From positions 29,078,001-29,142,000 of the forward strand of contig NC_043008.1 of assembly GCF_006345805.1 (NCBI RefSeq): 64,000 nt of DNA. The letters run 5' to 3'. The position numbers and the translations under genes were made by a program. The notes below the pieces were generated by a model, which did not search any database, had not been told where the DNA came from, and saw nothing but the letters and a program-made list of their open reading frames with translations. The stretch comes from Octopus sinensis (Eukaryota). Below are positions 24,497 through 37,867 of this stretch, in pieces (position 1 is the stretch's first letter; the number at the start of each line of letters is the position of its first letter).

Positions 24497-24511
24497 AGTG
24501 TTTTCTCCCCC

Positions 24512-24614
<103 letters not shown>

Positions 24615-24972
24615 AATGAGATTCTTATTTAATTAATAAATAAATATATAATTTAATTCATGAATATAGATTAAATTATAGTAATTTAGTTTAACTTCAG
24701 TATATAATGCATCTTAAGTATTTTTATTTTTATTAATTGGACTCATATTTTTCCAGTTAAGATATACTATTGTTTGTTTAGATTATTCTCAAATCGAAAT
24801 GAAGATATAGACACGAAACGTACGTAGTCTCTTTACTAATTATATTCTGTTTATTTATTATTATGTACTTTATTGTGATCTAGGCAAATGTTTTATCATA
24901 TATCTTATTTTCTCTATATGGTATGATCTACGGCTATCATTGTTTGAATTATATAATAGTGTTTTTTCTCTA

Positions 24973-25058
<86 letters not shown>

Positions 25059-26199
25059 TATGTATGTAAGTGTGCATGTACGTATGTATTATGTATGTAT
25101 GTATGTAGATTTTTGCTTGTTGGTTCACTCATTATACTTCAGTTAGTTAGAGAGGTGGAGTAAAATGGATAGAGAGAGGTGTAGGAATGAGAATAGAGGA
25201 GAACGAACATTTAAAAAATCTTAACATGGTTAGTTAAATGGTGAGACGAAGAGCGAGAGAAAAGGACAGTGAGTGAAAAAAGGGCGATTGAAGTGTCAAT
25301 GACTTGCGGTAGGGTAGGAGGTGAAAAGTAAAGAGGAAAAGATATGTTTTTGATACAATATTTAGCAGAGGGTGATGTTCTGGTGATGAGATTAAAGATA
25401 GAGAGAGAGAGAGAAAGAGAGACAAACAGACGGGGCAGATGCTTACATGAAAAGACATATACAGAGAGAGAGGGGGAGGGGACAGGTAGCGTCTGTATTG
25501 TCAGAGTACAGCCACATCCACATCAATTAAAAATAATAGATATAACAAACAGCTGGACATATATAATATACTCCTTCTACCTGCTCGTTCACACTTTACG
25601 CTTTAGTTCTTTAGCGACGCGGAGGTGGTGGAACGACAGAGAAGAAGAGGAAATGTGAGAGTGGGTGAGAGAGCAAATAGCCAGCTGATGCATTACGCTA
25701 TCACTAATGTAGTTAGTGGTCGTGAGAGGTGAAGAGAAATGCTAAGGATATAAAGAGAGAAATTGCATCGTTAAAATGTTTGTTGAAGAGGTAGAAAGAA
25801 AGAGAAATATAAGGTATTTAAAGCAAAAAAATTTTTAAATCATATAATAAATTATTGTGACTGGAAAGGAAATAATTTGGCAACATATAAATAAGAATGC
25901 GAACCATCCTTTTTTCTTCAATAGCTTCTGTTAATCATTTTCCTTCTGTGGAGTTTCTACTGGTCTCACTAGTATGATATATATATATATATATATATGC
26001 ACACACATACAGACAAACACATACACATACATACAGGCGCACATATAAACAGACACACACGCTCTCACGAAAGAGAAAGAGCAGGGAGAGGGGGAAAAAC
26101 TGGACTGTAGAAGGAAAAAAATCCTAAAGCTTTGTATAAATTTGCAAAGGAAACAGCCGCAATACAATATAAAAATGTATCATTGTTCCAAAGGAATTA

Positions 26200-27850
26200 C
26201 TCACTACTGGCGGGCCCTAGAAAAGTAAGTCAGATACTCATTCAAGAATTTAAAACTCTCTTCACCTCCTCTCTGCCACACATGGAGATAAACAAACCCG
26301 GTTGAATTTTTTAATACTGCAACCCTAGGAAGGAAGGCAACGACCATCGAGGACATCAACTTTGAGGAGACAGTTGTAACAGTAGCTACAAATGAAATGT
26401 ACCCATCAACTGGTCCTGATGGCTCCTCAGCTATTCTCCTAAAGTCATATAAGCAGGCTTTAGCGAAACTACTTCGCATAGTTTTCCAAGAGTTCCCTTG
26501 CAAGAATTAAACTTCATAAAAAGCCTTAAGTAGGCATTATATGCACAAAGGTGGTAGCAAAGTAGAAGCCAAAAACTACAGGATAATCGCTCTGACTTCA
26601 CATATCAGTAAAATCATTGAACAAATTATCAAAAGAAAACTGATAATGTACCTAGAAGAAAATGGTCTACAGAACAATACACAGTATGGTCTTCGTTCAG
26701 GAATATTCTACCTCATATATCTCTTACAGATCAATGACTGGGTTATGAAACAGTGTGACATACCTTGACTTTACAAAGGCATTTGATAAGGTAGATCATG
26801 GCATGATATGTCATAAGCTGAGAGATCTTGGCATTGCTGGTAAACGGGGAGAGTTGCTGCATGACTTCCTTAAAAAGAGAATTCAGTCAGTTGCAACAAA
26901 TGATGCCTTTTCTGAGCAAATTCAAACCACATTAACATCCCCAGGGAACTGTTCTAGGACCATTATTGTTCATAATATCCCTCTCAGACATGCTCATGGT
27001 CACTCGACCAGCTACTGTCACTATCCACGCCAATGATGCAAAATTATCACAGCCAGTAAAAATTCAAGATGATGTCGCAAGCTTCCAGAGGGAACTAAAT
27101 GCAGTATACAAGTGGGCTGAATTAAACATCATGCAGTTTATTGCTTGAAAATTTCAACTCGCGAAGACACAATCAACTCACGAAGGCACCCAGCCTGCAT
27201 ATACTGAACCCGAAGGCGCTGCAGTTCCATAGTCACAGACAGGGAAAGACATGGGGATCAGTATATGAAATGATGCATCATTTCATGCGCACATTAACAA
27301 GTTGGCAGCAAAGTGCAGACAGCTGGCAAGATAGATACTAAAATTCGTCAAGACAAGAAACCAATGTTTATGTTGAACCTGTGAAGGACCTTTATTTTCA
27401 ATCGCCTGGAGTACTGCTTTCATCTGTGGTCACCACATAGCGCCAAACCAACAACGGAGCTTAAAGGATTCCAACACCACTACACTAAAAACATTGAAAG
27501 AGAGAGTGACATTACCCCCTGGTACGAAGGCGCAACAAATATGCAACAAGCTTCATATGGGAACCTCTAGAAGGACTAGTACCTAATTTGGGCATTGCGT
27601 ATTATGCAAATGCCAGAGGTGGACGCTATAGCATTGTATCAAAAGTACCATCCACTCTGTCTAAATTCAGAACCAGATACTGCAATAACCTAGAGTTCAA
27701 AGGCCCAACACTCTTCAATATTCTGCCACAAAAATTAAGAAATCTGCATAACGTGGAAGTAGATGTCTTCAAATCTTCCTCTCCACAAACCGGATGAACC
27801 AACAGCCCAACATAATGGGCAGACGAGGGCAACGGAACGAAACTCCCTTA
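26200..27850 (+). mobile_element. decayed CR1-group LINE (RT and C-terminus)
   Basis: KNYRIIALTSHISKI, YLDFTKAFDKVDHG, PQGTVLGPLLF (frameshifted), HANDAKL for YADDTKL, GPTLFNILP. Confidence 0.9.
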
Positions 27851-28005
27851 TACACCAAATGGGTCAATAGCCGGGATAAAATTACATACAGGAATGGTGA
27901 TGTGAAACACCAGATTGAGAAAATCAACAAAACCACGGTGGTGCTCCAGCATAAATTGCATTCATTAATCATCATATTCCAATTTCCTTTACTCTTCAAT
28001 GATGA

Positions 28006-28141
28006 GCGACTATCATTTCATACAGACTGCGCTTCAGGCTTTTAGGATAAAGCTTTTAGAAATAGCACAACAAGCGACTATCATTTCATACAGGCTACGC
28101 TTCAGGCTTTTAGGATAAAGCTTTTAGAAATAGCACAACAA
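28006..28141. repeat. tandem duplication of a 68-bp unit
   Basis: 28006-28073 and 28074-28141 differ at two positions. Confidence 0.9.
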
Positions 28142-29629
28142 GTTTACAATTAATTGTGTGAAGCATTCGCTGGTCCCGCTAGTTAAGAAATAATGTACTT
28201 GATGACTAAGAGCACATCTGTTACACATCTGTGAAAATAATCATATGTATCGAAAATATGATATTATCAATTAACATTTATAAAAATTAATGTGATAGAG
28301 CGAAATACTACTACAATGTTAATCTCTCACCACTCAAGAGCATCAATTCCTTATATGGAAATTTCATAATATTAAAATATTTGTGATATATTAAATATAG
28401 CTTTAATACGAAATTGCTTCACTCTCCTAATCTGAACGATATTATTTCGCGACTAATAAAATCTCAAGCGGACGAAAAGTTAGGACGTTTCAATTATGAA
28501 TTCTCATTCAAATTCCTGGCATGACTTGCATTCCCACGCGTTCAGACACGCACTCATATACACATATTCGTACGAGTGCGCTCACAAACATGTAAATGCT
28601 AAATATATACACTAGTCTTCTTATGTTTGCTATTGTTTTCGTTATTGTTGCTTCTCTGCCCCAAAAAATTTAGCTGCGCAACCTTGTATGACAGGCTTTC
28701 AAATTGAGTAAATTCGTGTCTTTCAGGTATTAAGTATTCAATAATTCATTCACCCTGATGTATATGCCTTCTCCAGGCCAAGGACAGTGTTAAGTGAGAG
28801 TTCTATTTGGCTTATATAGTGATTTTAGTAATCCAAAGCAGGTAGAAGACCCATCTGTTGCTTAATGTTCATTTATAGATTGATAAGGGAATATTATACG
28901 AGTAAAATCTAAAAATGTAACACGTAACTTGTGCACCTCTTTCTACCAATAGTTAAGGTGAGATAAATAACCTTCCTTCCTCGCATCACAAATGCCACTA
29001 CGTCACCTAGCTACACAACGACACATAATTTCATTAAGCCACAGGTCTTGCTTACTATTATGAGTAACTTGTGCGTGGACATAATTAGTGAGTGTAAGCA
29101 ACCAAATATGTGTTTTAAAACATATGTATTTCAGTCTAATAATACTTAATGGTATTTATTAATCGGTTGACATATTTCAACAGGGAAAATTAATATATAA
29201 ATTTTCAGTTTGCTTTTATTGAAATTTTCTTCCTAATAATATACTTTCAAAGTTGTTCACGCATAGCCGTGCATAGTGTTATTGTAATCGCTGTCGTTTA
29301 ATCAATATTTTCGTCGTCGGGATTAACCTCATGTTTCCCCTCAGGTTTCTAACATTTGCTTTTTTTCCCCTCAAAACTAATGTTACCAGAGAAAAATTCT
29401 CTCTTCCTGTGTACGCGCAAATACTTTTGCGTCGGTAAGCCGCGTCCGTTCCCGGCTGTTATGACCAGAGAAATCAGAGAAATTAGAGAAATACTGAGTC
29501 TTATCCTTCGCTACGCTTCCGGTAACAATATTTGCTAAAAATGCACGTACGTTCTTTCAGTAGTAGAATGTTATATAGCGTTGTATAGTTAAAGTCTCGT
29601 TACTTAATATGGTGACAACACTCTAGGTA

Positions 29630-29800
29630 CCTACCTAATCTACCTACCTAACCTACCTACATAACTACCTACCTACTTACCTACTTACCTACTTACCTAC
29701 CTACCTACCTACAAACCTACCTACATACCTACCTACCTACTACCTACCTACCTACCTACTTACCTACCTACCTACATATCTATTTATCAATCTATCTATC
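29630..29800. repeat. (CCTA)n / (TATC)n microsatellite
   Basis: Direct reading. Confidence 0.95.
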
Positions 29801-29879
29801 TTTTATACACACATCTAGGGTACAGACGCGTAGTGCACATTCGTCGAATTGTTTTACTTTCATGCAACATAAGCGAACG

Positions 29880-30549
29880 CATCGAGTAGAGACCATGACC
29901 CATGTCTCATCAAGAGCGGTTAGCTCAGGCCGGCTTTACCTGTACTATTTCCATGCGGAATTGTAGCAGCTGCTTCGCCAGCACTTCGTGGACCAATTTT
30001 GTCGACACTCGCTTCAGGCAAAGACCCTTTGTTACAATGAAATGCACTCATCCTATGCTTATTCACACTTCGTAAGTGATTTCCTGGATTGTTTAACAAC
30101 GATCTTCCAGGACTATTCGCCGAACCTTCTGAACTGGATGCTCGTTTCAGTTTGTGGATGGCCAGCCTGAGTGTGCCTCGCTCTCCACTGAGATACGCCC
30201 ATGCTTAAATCGGTTATACCACTACGTGATCGGAGTTTTGTCAATGACATCATTGCAAAAGGCTTGCTGAATCTTCTGGATGGTTTGAGCTTCAGTATCA
30301 CCAATCTTTTATCAAAATCTGATGCAATATCTCAGCTCGATGCGTTCGGCGAAAACGAAAACCTGTGGAGCGAGTATTACACGTCTGTATTTTAGGCGTA
30401 ATAGCAGGAAACTGACACAGGTGACGGGCGTGGAAATGTTCACGTATGCGCCAGAAAACTGGTGTCACTTTCATCCCAAATTATTTTGCCAACGCAGAAT
30501 TTGTTTTTACGGGAAAATATAAAGTCGGATAATTCTTGATCCCACCTCG
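29880..30549 (-). mobile_element. mariner 5' half relic
   Basis: Terminus TA-CGAGGTGGGATC; ERIELRYCIRF..KIGDT...WYNRFKHGRISVESEAHSGWPST. Confidence 0.8.
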
Positions 30550-31819
30550 TATAACTGTACATCTGTATATGTATGTATTTCTATATATATATATGCATAT
30601 TTAAATACATTTTTGTATGTGTGTAGATATGACTAAATCCATTCACACATAGACTCACACAGTGGTGCACATATCTACATCTATATAAAGTGCTGTAGGT
30701 GCCTGATGTGTGGAATTATTAGCATTATGTTTGTTGTCATTGGAATTCTTCGTGTTATCCGCTTAAGATCTTATTTGAAAATTGAAACTTACAAACACAC
30801 CAAACGAAGCAAAATCAATATATGTATATAAGTATAAAGAAATAATGAATTATATTGTTGAGCTGATTGAGATGTTTGACAGCATATTGACTGTTTTGCT
30901 GACTATTTCGTTTGCTCTAAATTTAACATATAAATTCCATTTCGATTCATAGTATGTATCAACTTTAGTGTTTCTTTTTAGAGAATATTTCTTTTTTGCT
31001 TTAATTATAGGAAGAACATATTTCGAAACATATATAGATTTCTCAGGCTGTCCCTATCTGTAGCAATGCCATGAAGTAGTTTCTTTTTAACCCCATGAGA
31101 TTATTGTCAACACAAATCCTAAATGCTGACATTAATGCGATATTCCAATGTTCATGATTTATCAGTTGTTTCAGTTTTAGAAAGCTATAAAATGTTGAAA
31201 TGAGAAGGATAATGACCAACCAAAATGGTACAGCAAATCACAATATGCTTTAGGTTTATTGGGTAATATATTCCAATGTTCTGGTTTCAATTCATGCTGT
31301 TCGCAATTGTAGCCTCACTGACCCTATTGTTCATCACATAATTACAAATTGGCAAAAGCAGATTAATTCATATGAACTAAAATTTCACTGGACTATATGT
31401 CTATCTTGGCTTTAGTTTCGTTACATGAAGTTTCGTTTCTTGGTAACGGGTTTATTGCGTTTCCTTCCTAGGAACTTGAACCCTTCTTATCCGATGACAA
31501 ATACCCTGATTTCCAAAGTGCTAAATGCTATTTATTTGCATTGTGATATGTGGTAGCTTGCTTGATTTTAGAATGTACCATAATTTAAGTTTATTCGTAT
31601 GCAGTGAAGTCACTATTTTGGCGTTGATTTAGGTTACATTAGATCTGTAGATGGAAGATAACGTTGTGATTTACTGAAATTCAGCTTTCAGGTCAGATGT
31701 ATGCCACATGTGTGAGCCACGTGTGGCCTGCAGTCATAAACTTTGTTTACAATATCGCTCGAAGGCCTTACTCGTAGCTAGTTACGAAATGTTCAGAGAG
31801 AAATAACCTTCCCTTTTCA

Positions 31820-32789
31820 CCAAGGTTCAGTGCTTGGACCCTTATTGTTCTTAGTCTTCATAACTGACTTGCCCGACGACCTCACGCAACACACCCTTCT
31901 ATTTGCCGACGATATCAAACTGGTCGCTCCTCGCGGTGATATAGAGGATCTTCGTCGATGCCTCCACCAAATTTGGAAGTGGTCTAACGAATGGGACCTG
32001 TGTCTGAACGTGTCAAAGTGCTGTCATCTGCCTGGTGGCTCTCCTCCTGCAACTCAACTTGATTTCGAGCCGGGTCGTCTGCTGCTGGAGAGGACTGATC
32101 AGGTAAAGGACCTGGGTATCTTGGTGGATTCCTCCTTTTCGCCTTCGGCCCAGTGCGTCCATGCTGCCAACAAAGCACGCGGAATTCTGTTCTTGATTCG
32201 ACGGTCATTCGGAATGCTCACAGCAGCCATATTCCTACCACTCTATGTCACGCTGGTGAGACCCATATTGGAGTACGGGATTCAAGCCTCTTCTCCTTAT
32301 CTCCTCAAAGACATACAGCATCTCGAAAGAGTCCAGAAGCTGGCTACTCGCATGGTTCATGGTCTCAAAATTTTGTCCTATGAAGTAAGGCTGAGAACGC
32401 TCGACCTTTATTCTCTTGAAAAACGCCGCCGCCGTGGTGATCTCATTCTCGCCCACAACATCATAAGCGGAAAGTGTAACCTCTCGAAAGAGCTGTTCTT
32501 CACTCCTGCTCCAGAGCGTCGGATGCGGGGTCATTCCGAAAAGCTCTACCTGCGACGATTTCATCTCAATCGAAGGAGAGGAGCTTTCTCCGTCCGGGTT
32601 GCGGATCCGTGGAACAAGTTGCCAGACGAGATGGTGAAGATGCCGACGACCGCTTTGTTCAAAGCCTCCCTTGACCTCAAGTGGCCTGAACTCTTTACAT
32701 GAACACCACCCTGTACTTAACTCCATGTCCCCCTATATGGCCTTGCTATTTGCTTTTGAGCCAAATTAACTAACTAACTAACTAACTAA
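31820..32789 (+). mobile_element. young 5'-truncated CR1-group LINE with (TAAC)n tail
   Basis: Begins at QGSVLGP; short 3' UTR; five TAAC copies at 32767-32786; visibly more G+C-rich than the flanks. Confidence 0.95.
31821..32702 (+). CDS. partial reverse transcriptase (RT domains 4-7 plus CR1-type C-terminus), uninterrupted frame
   Basis: QGSVLGPLLF, FADDIKL, YVTLVRPILEY, LERVQKLATR, RRRRGDLI, RGHSEKL, FSVRVADPWNKLP; no start codon (5' truncated). Confidence 0.9.
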   Translation, partial: QGSVLGPLLFLVFITDLPDDLTQHTLLFADDIKLVAPRGDIEDLRRCLHQIWKWSNEWDLCLNVSKCCHLPGGSPPATQLDFEPGRLLLERTDQVKDLGILVDSSFSPSAQCVHAANKARGILFLIRRSFGMLTAAIFLPLYVTLVRPILEYGIQASSPYLLKDIQHLERVQKLATRMVHGLKILSYEVRLRTLDLYSLEKRRRRGDLILAHNIISGKCNLSKELFFTPAPERRMRGHSEKLYLRRFHLNRRRGAFSVRVADPWNKLPDEMVKMPTTALFKASLDLKWPELFT

Positions 32790-35559
32790 GAAGAACACCC
32801 CAGAGAATTAACAAAAGAAAATAGCGTGTCAAAATTAAGATAAGTTCAGATGTTTTTATTTCGGATTTCTATAACATCTACAACCGTCTCCCTCATCTAT
32901 GCATTTCCCCCTTCTCTCACTTAATATAGATGGAGACCGTTTCATGTTTCGAAGATAGGAAATATCATATCGATCGCTTATGCAAATATCTCTGTTCTAT
33001 AGCAGGTTCAGAAATACATATTCATCTCTGGTAGATGTGGAGTGGGAAGCGGCTCTGTGCGTTTTGTTATGTGTGACTGGAACGCAGTTTGCCTCTAAAA
33101 ACAAATTACTTAATACGTATGCATATATATATACGCAATAGCCACACGGACAAATATATACATACGCATGCAAACACAAAGGTTGGGTGAACGAAAGGGA
33201 ATGAAATATCAATTACATATTAAATGAACGTAACACTTACAAATCTAATGAGTAATTGTCGTCTGCTTGTGTCCATCTCCAAATACGTTGAAGTTTTAAT
33301 ATGGGACTTTTTAATGCTTTTGCACTAGCGATGTTATCATAAAAACCTAGTGAGTGTCCTCCTCTGAATGAATCTAAATGTAACATACTGGTATATATTT
33401 GGATTTTTTAGAATCTCATCGATATCCACATTTTTCCATAACTCAGAATAACATCCTGTATTCCTTATTTTATTCAGGTGACGGCTACGTTTTATTGAAA
33501 CAACTTATATCTTTGTTCCGACTGTTTGAAGTTCGTATGAAATCTCAGTATTTATTAGTGGTAAATATTAAGTTATGCAGTCTATAAAAATACATATTTT
33601 TCTACGTGACGTGCCAGTTCTTCTATTTTGTTTATAAGAATGTATTCACGAAATTTTCTGCTTCTTCCTCAGCGGTAACTTATTGCTTTTCTCATTTATA
33701 AAGTAACTGATGTTCGTAATTTGAAGCTACGAGACGTAGTATAGACTAGACTTTGGAATTTTATTTCAGGACCGGGGTAAAGAATCATTTATAATAATTA
33801 TTGACCTAATGATTTATTAATAATTATGCTATTGTTATAATACTTATTTCTTGATTTATTTATATATTTATTCAGCGTATGTGAGAAAATCATAGTCACG
33901 TCTAGTGCAGAATTGAAAACAAAGTGCAGTATATTGTCGTAGATTCATATTTGTAGGTGGAAAGGCAAGTGCAAACGTCTCAGCAGTTTCTAGTACTTAA
34001 TAGACTAATGAGCTATGTCGCAGTCTGAGGCGTTCTGGAGGATAAAACATGTAATGTATTGTGAGAGTCTTGGCTGGATTTACATTGATATGCGCTGAGA
34101 GGAAGGTATCTTTGTAGTGCATAGTGGAAAGGATTATCGTCTGCATAACATTGATGCTGTACTGCCATGTGACAACCATGTTTTGTAGTAGGAAATTTCT
34201 CACTAAAATGGAGTGTACGGTTTTACGTTTCTTGTGATTGCAAAACTTCAACAATTCAGTATGTCCGTCCGCTGCCATATCCTCATTGGAAAGAAGAAAA
34301 GTATTGAAATCCTGTGTGCAATGATGATGATGTATGTGTAAAAGCAGTGACATTGACAGATTTATAGACAACGAATATCCTGCTAATTTATTTTTTGCCC
34401 CCACACGAATGTCTGATTTTAGTCCTCAATAAGCAAAGATCTGTTTTCTTCACATGTTGACTATATGGAAATAAAGTGGCATTAAGGTTCAAACAAGTCA
34501 ACAGAGGATGTCAAATATCAAAGGTAGAAACACTTAATCTTTTTTGTGTCATTGGTTATCTTGAAGTAGACTAAATATTGGGAAATAGTTTGAAGAAATT
34601 CCTGATCTCATGAAGCCATGGCCGATTCCTATCGGTTCGAAACTGAAGAAGTGTGTCAAAGTAGAGAGATATAATAGCTTATCTGTAGCTAATTCTTGTT
34701 GACATGTACGAGAGGGAGAAACTGAAGGTGAAGTTCGGACATACTTTAATTATGCAGCCGTATCACAGAGTATGAACTGCAAGAATGTAATTTCTTTTAT
34801 CATCAGACGAACATTTGTGATTCTATGTGCTTTACAACGAATCGATTTGTGCTTCTATCTAATGTGAAGGATATTTTCCGCAGAAGGCTATATTGCTATG
34901 TACTATATTTCTACACTTAATGTAAAAGTCACGTGGATTTTGATTTGCATCCGTGTACACTTCAGAACAAGATACATTCATAGACTATAACAAAAATCGC
35001 TTTTACTTCTGCTATAGTATTACTGCACTCGATGTTTTATGATACCGTGACTACGATTTAGTTTCTACGTTAAACCGCGGGAACAGCAGTATTCTGTCAC
35101 CGTTTGTTATTGTTCGGAAAAGGTTCTCCTGTGATAAGATTACTATTTCCATTTGAGCCTATTATTTGAAGGTTGTTCCTCGAGTAGGTACAGATATAAG
35201 AATTTATTCTGGTGCTGTCGTGGTTATCAATTTATATAAAATGTAAGAGATAAGAATGGGTCGTATGAGGCGACATTCTTAAATATGCCAACATTAAATT
35301 TTAGGGCTTTCCAAATAATTATTATATTTAACACGTTCAAGTGAAATCGACAAATATTTTCTGGCTTGTACTTTATTTGTTATGTAAACATTTTCAGTGC
35401 GTAGGATAGAAATTACGCTTTACATAATACTGTTACGTAATATTTGAGCATAGCTACTATAAATGGAAGGCAGTTAATTATGTGGAATATATTTGTATGG
35501 CTATAAAAATGTATGTATTTTGCAATTATACAAATAGTTGGTTAGTCGTCATTGAGAAT

Positions 35560-36940
35560 GGTTTACATGTGCAATGCAAAAACAAATGGAAGAAAGTGAG
35601 AGAACATTTCTGTAAGAAAGCCACTGAGTTATCGTAGCGGCTAAGATGACACTGATCGATGATCTATATACCATCTTGTTCAAATATTCTTCAATATTCG
35701 GTAATTTGTGCGGGAATTTGCAAATAACTTTTCGAAAGTCTACCGCTTTCAATTTCTTGCTCAAAATAGCTTGCTTTGTACCTAAATCACAGTTATTGCT
35801 GTTGCTCCTGTCAAAGCTGCTATGTTTACCGCTTTGTTTGATTTTTTGCTTTTGTTTTTGCTTTTTGTTTTCAATTTCGCTTCTCATAATTTCTTATTTC
35901 CCATGCTCTGATTAATTCTTTAACGGCGGATATCAATCTCTTGTCACAGAAGTCACAGAGGGTCACATTCCCGACACTTAATCCCTAAAAATATCAATCT
36001 CAAAATCCAGCTATACCCAGTGGAGCAATTTTCTGAGCTTGTTTTACCCTCAAGCCAGTCCTAATTTCTTCAACAAATATCTCAAACCTGGTTGTTAATG
36101 CCCTAGGTATCGTGTTGCTATATCTAACAGCAGCAAAGTTTTGAATACCATCCCAGACTGCTTATCTTATTAAAAACAGAAACTTTGCCCCCTAAGAGAC
36201 CTTTTCCTTCCTCGTATCTAGGCACAAATGGTCTATTGATATCGCTTTTACGGCTTTGCTCCTTGTTCATTATCATCATCTTCATGGTTTTTCTATCCAG
36301 TCCATCACATTCTCTGTCCGACTAGCAACGCCTGTGCCGTATCGCATTAAGGAAACACTCGGTTTATTCTTTGCCCTGATATTGCTCTTCTATTGAGTCT
36401 GCTTTCCTTAATTAATTTAGATCTTCAATGTTATCTTCAATGTTATTTCGCATAAAGTTTTCTTTTATCTATTGATTCCATCACAGTTGGGTAGATCTAT
36501 ACCATGAGATGACTCCACTGTGCCTTTTTTATGAGAAACATACCATACTTTTTAGTCCAAAATTCCATCCCGATGTCCTTATTGAATATCTGCACCGTTG
36601 AAACCAGCCCATTCATTTCACGTTCGCTCTTATGGAAGGTCTTTAAGTTATCCACATATATCAGGTGATTCGCTTTTCGTCTTTTTTCATGATGTCACTT
36701 TCCGTAATATTTCCCCGATATGTTTCACCTGATGTTGATCTCCGCCAGAAATTCACCACAATGTGTTCATTCTGTATTTCAGTTCTTCACTCACTTCCGA
36801 CAAAATGCAAACTGTTACCAGAAACCTCTACAAACACAAGAATTCCTAAAATCAAGAAATAGGGGTCCATGGCATATGATTTCCTACAATCGATTCACGC
36901 CATACCCAGGGTCATTCTGTCTATCAAAGGTTCATCATTT
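35560..36940 (-). mobile_element. decayed R4/Dong-type LINE
   Basis: LGMA*IDCRKSYAM, YVDNLKTF, FNKDIGMEF, GLDRKTMKMM match R4-clade RT motifs. Confidence 0.75.
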
Positions 36941-37147
36941 GTCTCGTTTTTTTTTTACTCTTGCATCCCGTCTGCTACATTTGCAGCTTGTCATTCAATT
37001 GCAGGATATCATATATACATTTAGATACATGTCATCAACATCCGCGTCAAGGGGAGGCGAGAGATTGGCCGGTAATTATCCATTGCTTTAAATTTAAAGC
37101 AGAAAACCGTTTCACCTCTTGTCAGCCATTTTGGGATTTCGACCACG

Positions 37148-37307
37148 ATGTTGTTGTTGTTGTTGTTGTTGTTGATGATGATGATGATGATGTTGATGAT
37201 GATTATGATCATCATGATGATGGTTATGGTGGTGGTGGGTGGGGTAGTGACGACGACGGCGATGACGACGACGATGATGATGATGATCAACATCATCACT
37301 ACCAGAT

Positions 37308-37344
<37 letters not shown>

Positions 37345-37375
37345 CAGTTTTAGAAGCAACAGCAGCAGCAACTGC
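37148..37375. repeat. compound trinucleotide microsatellite (GTT/GAT/GGT/GAC/CAG/TAG)
   Basis: Direct reading; explains the poly-D/Q/H/L ORFs in several frames. Confidence 0.95.
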
Positions 37376-37867
37376 AGATACCATCTAGCTTTCACGATAC
37401 ACTATCACCCATTCAACAGAGTTCGACGTATTTTTCTGAGATAATCTTGTTGGCGATGTGAACAACCTGGCAAGTTGTTCCACGAGAGCTTATAGACAAT
37501 AGGCCACTTCATTGACTTCCTCATTGACTTCATCATTTCTCTTACAAAACTGAGGAGGCATTTTCCCACACGATGTCTTTGATGAGATAAGCAGTATTGT
37601 TTGGCGAGGTCGGGAGGACACAGGATTATCCGTCATCGTAACTTTGTTTTAGATGGGAATGCAAAGTTCTCATTCCCAGTGAATTTGTGAGAAGAAGGGT
37701 AATTGCGACAATATTTTTGGGTGGTACCTGTCTAGGAATGAAGCTCTAAATCGAAAACAACAGTGGGGGAGCAGCTAGTGGGTCACAGTAAAGTAGAATA
37801 TCTAGAGTACTTTTAATAGTCCTTGGATGGCGAATGGTATCATGTATTGTAATATAAAATATTAGCC

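Noticed and set aside
24795-24830. Hammerhead remnant ATGAAGA...GAAACGTACGTA
   Set aside because: Stem III palindrome present but stems I and II do not pair
32235-32726. 163-aa minus-strand ORF
   Set aside because: Antisense shadow of the GC-rich RT frame
33997-34404. 135-aa minus-strand ORF
   Set aside because: No domain recognised, includes a short CAT repeat, no splice or codon support
36961-37444. Poly-Q/D/H/L proteins
   Set aside because: Compound trinucleotide microsatellite open in four listed frames
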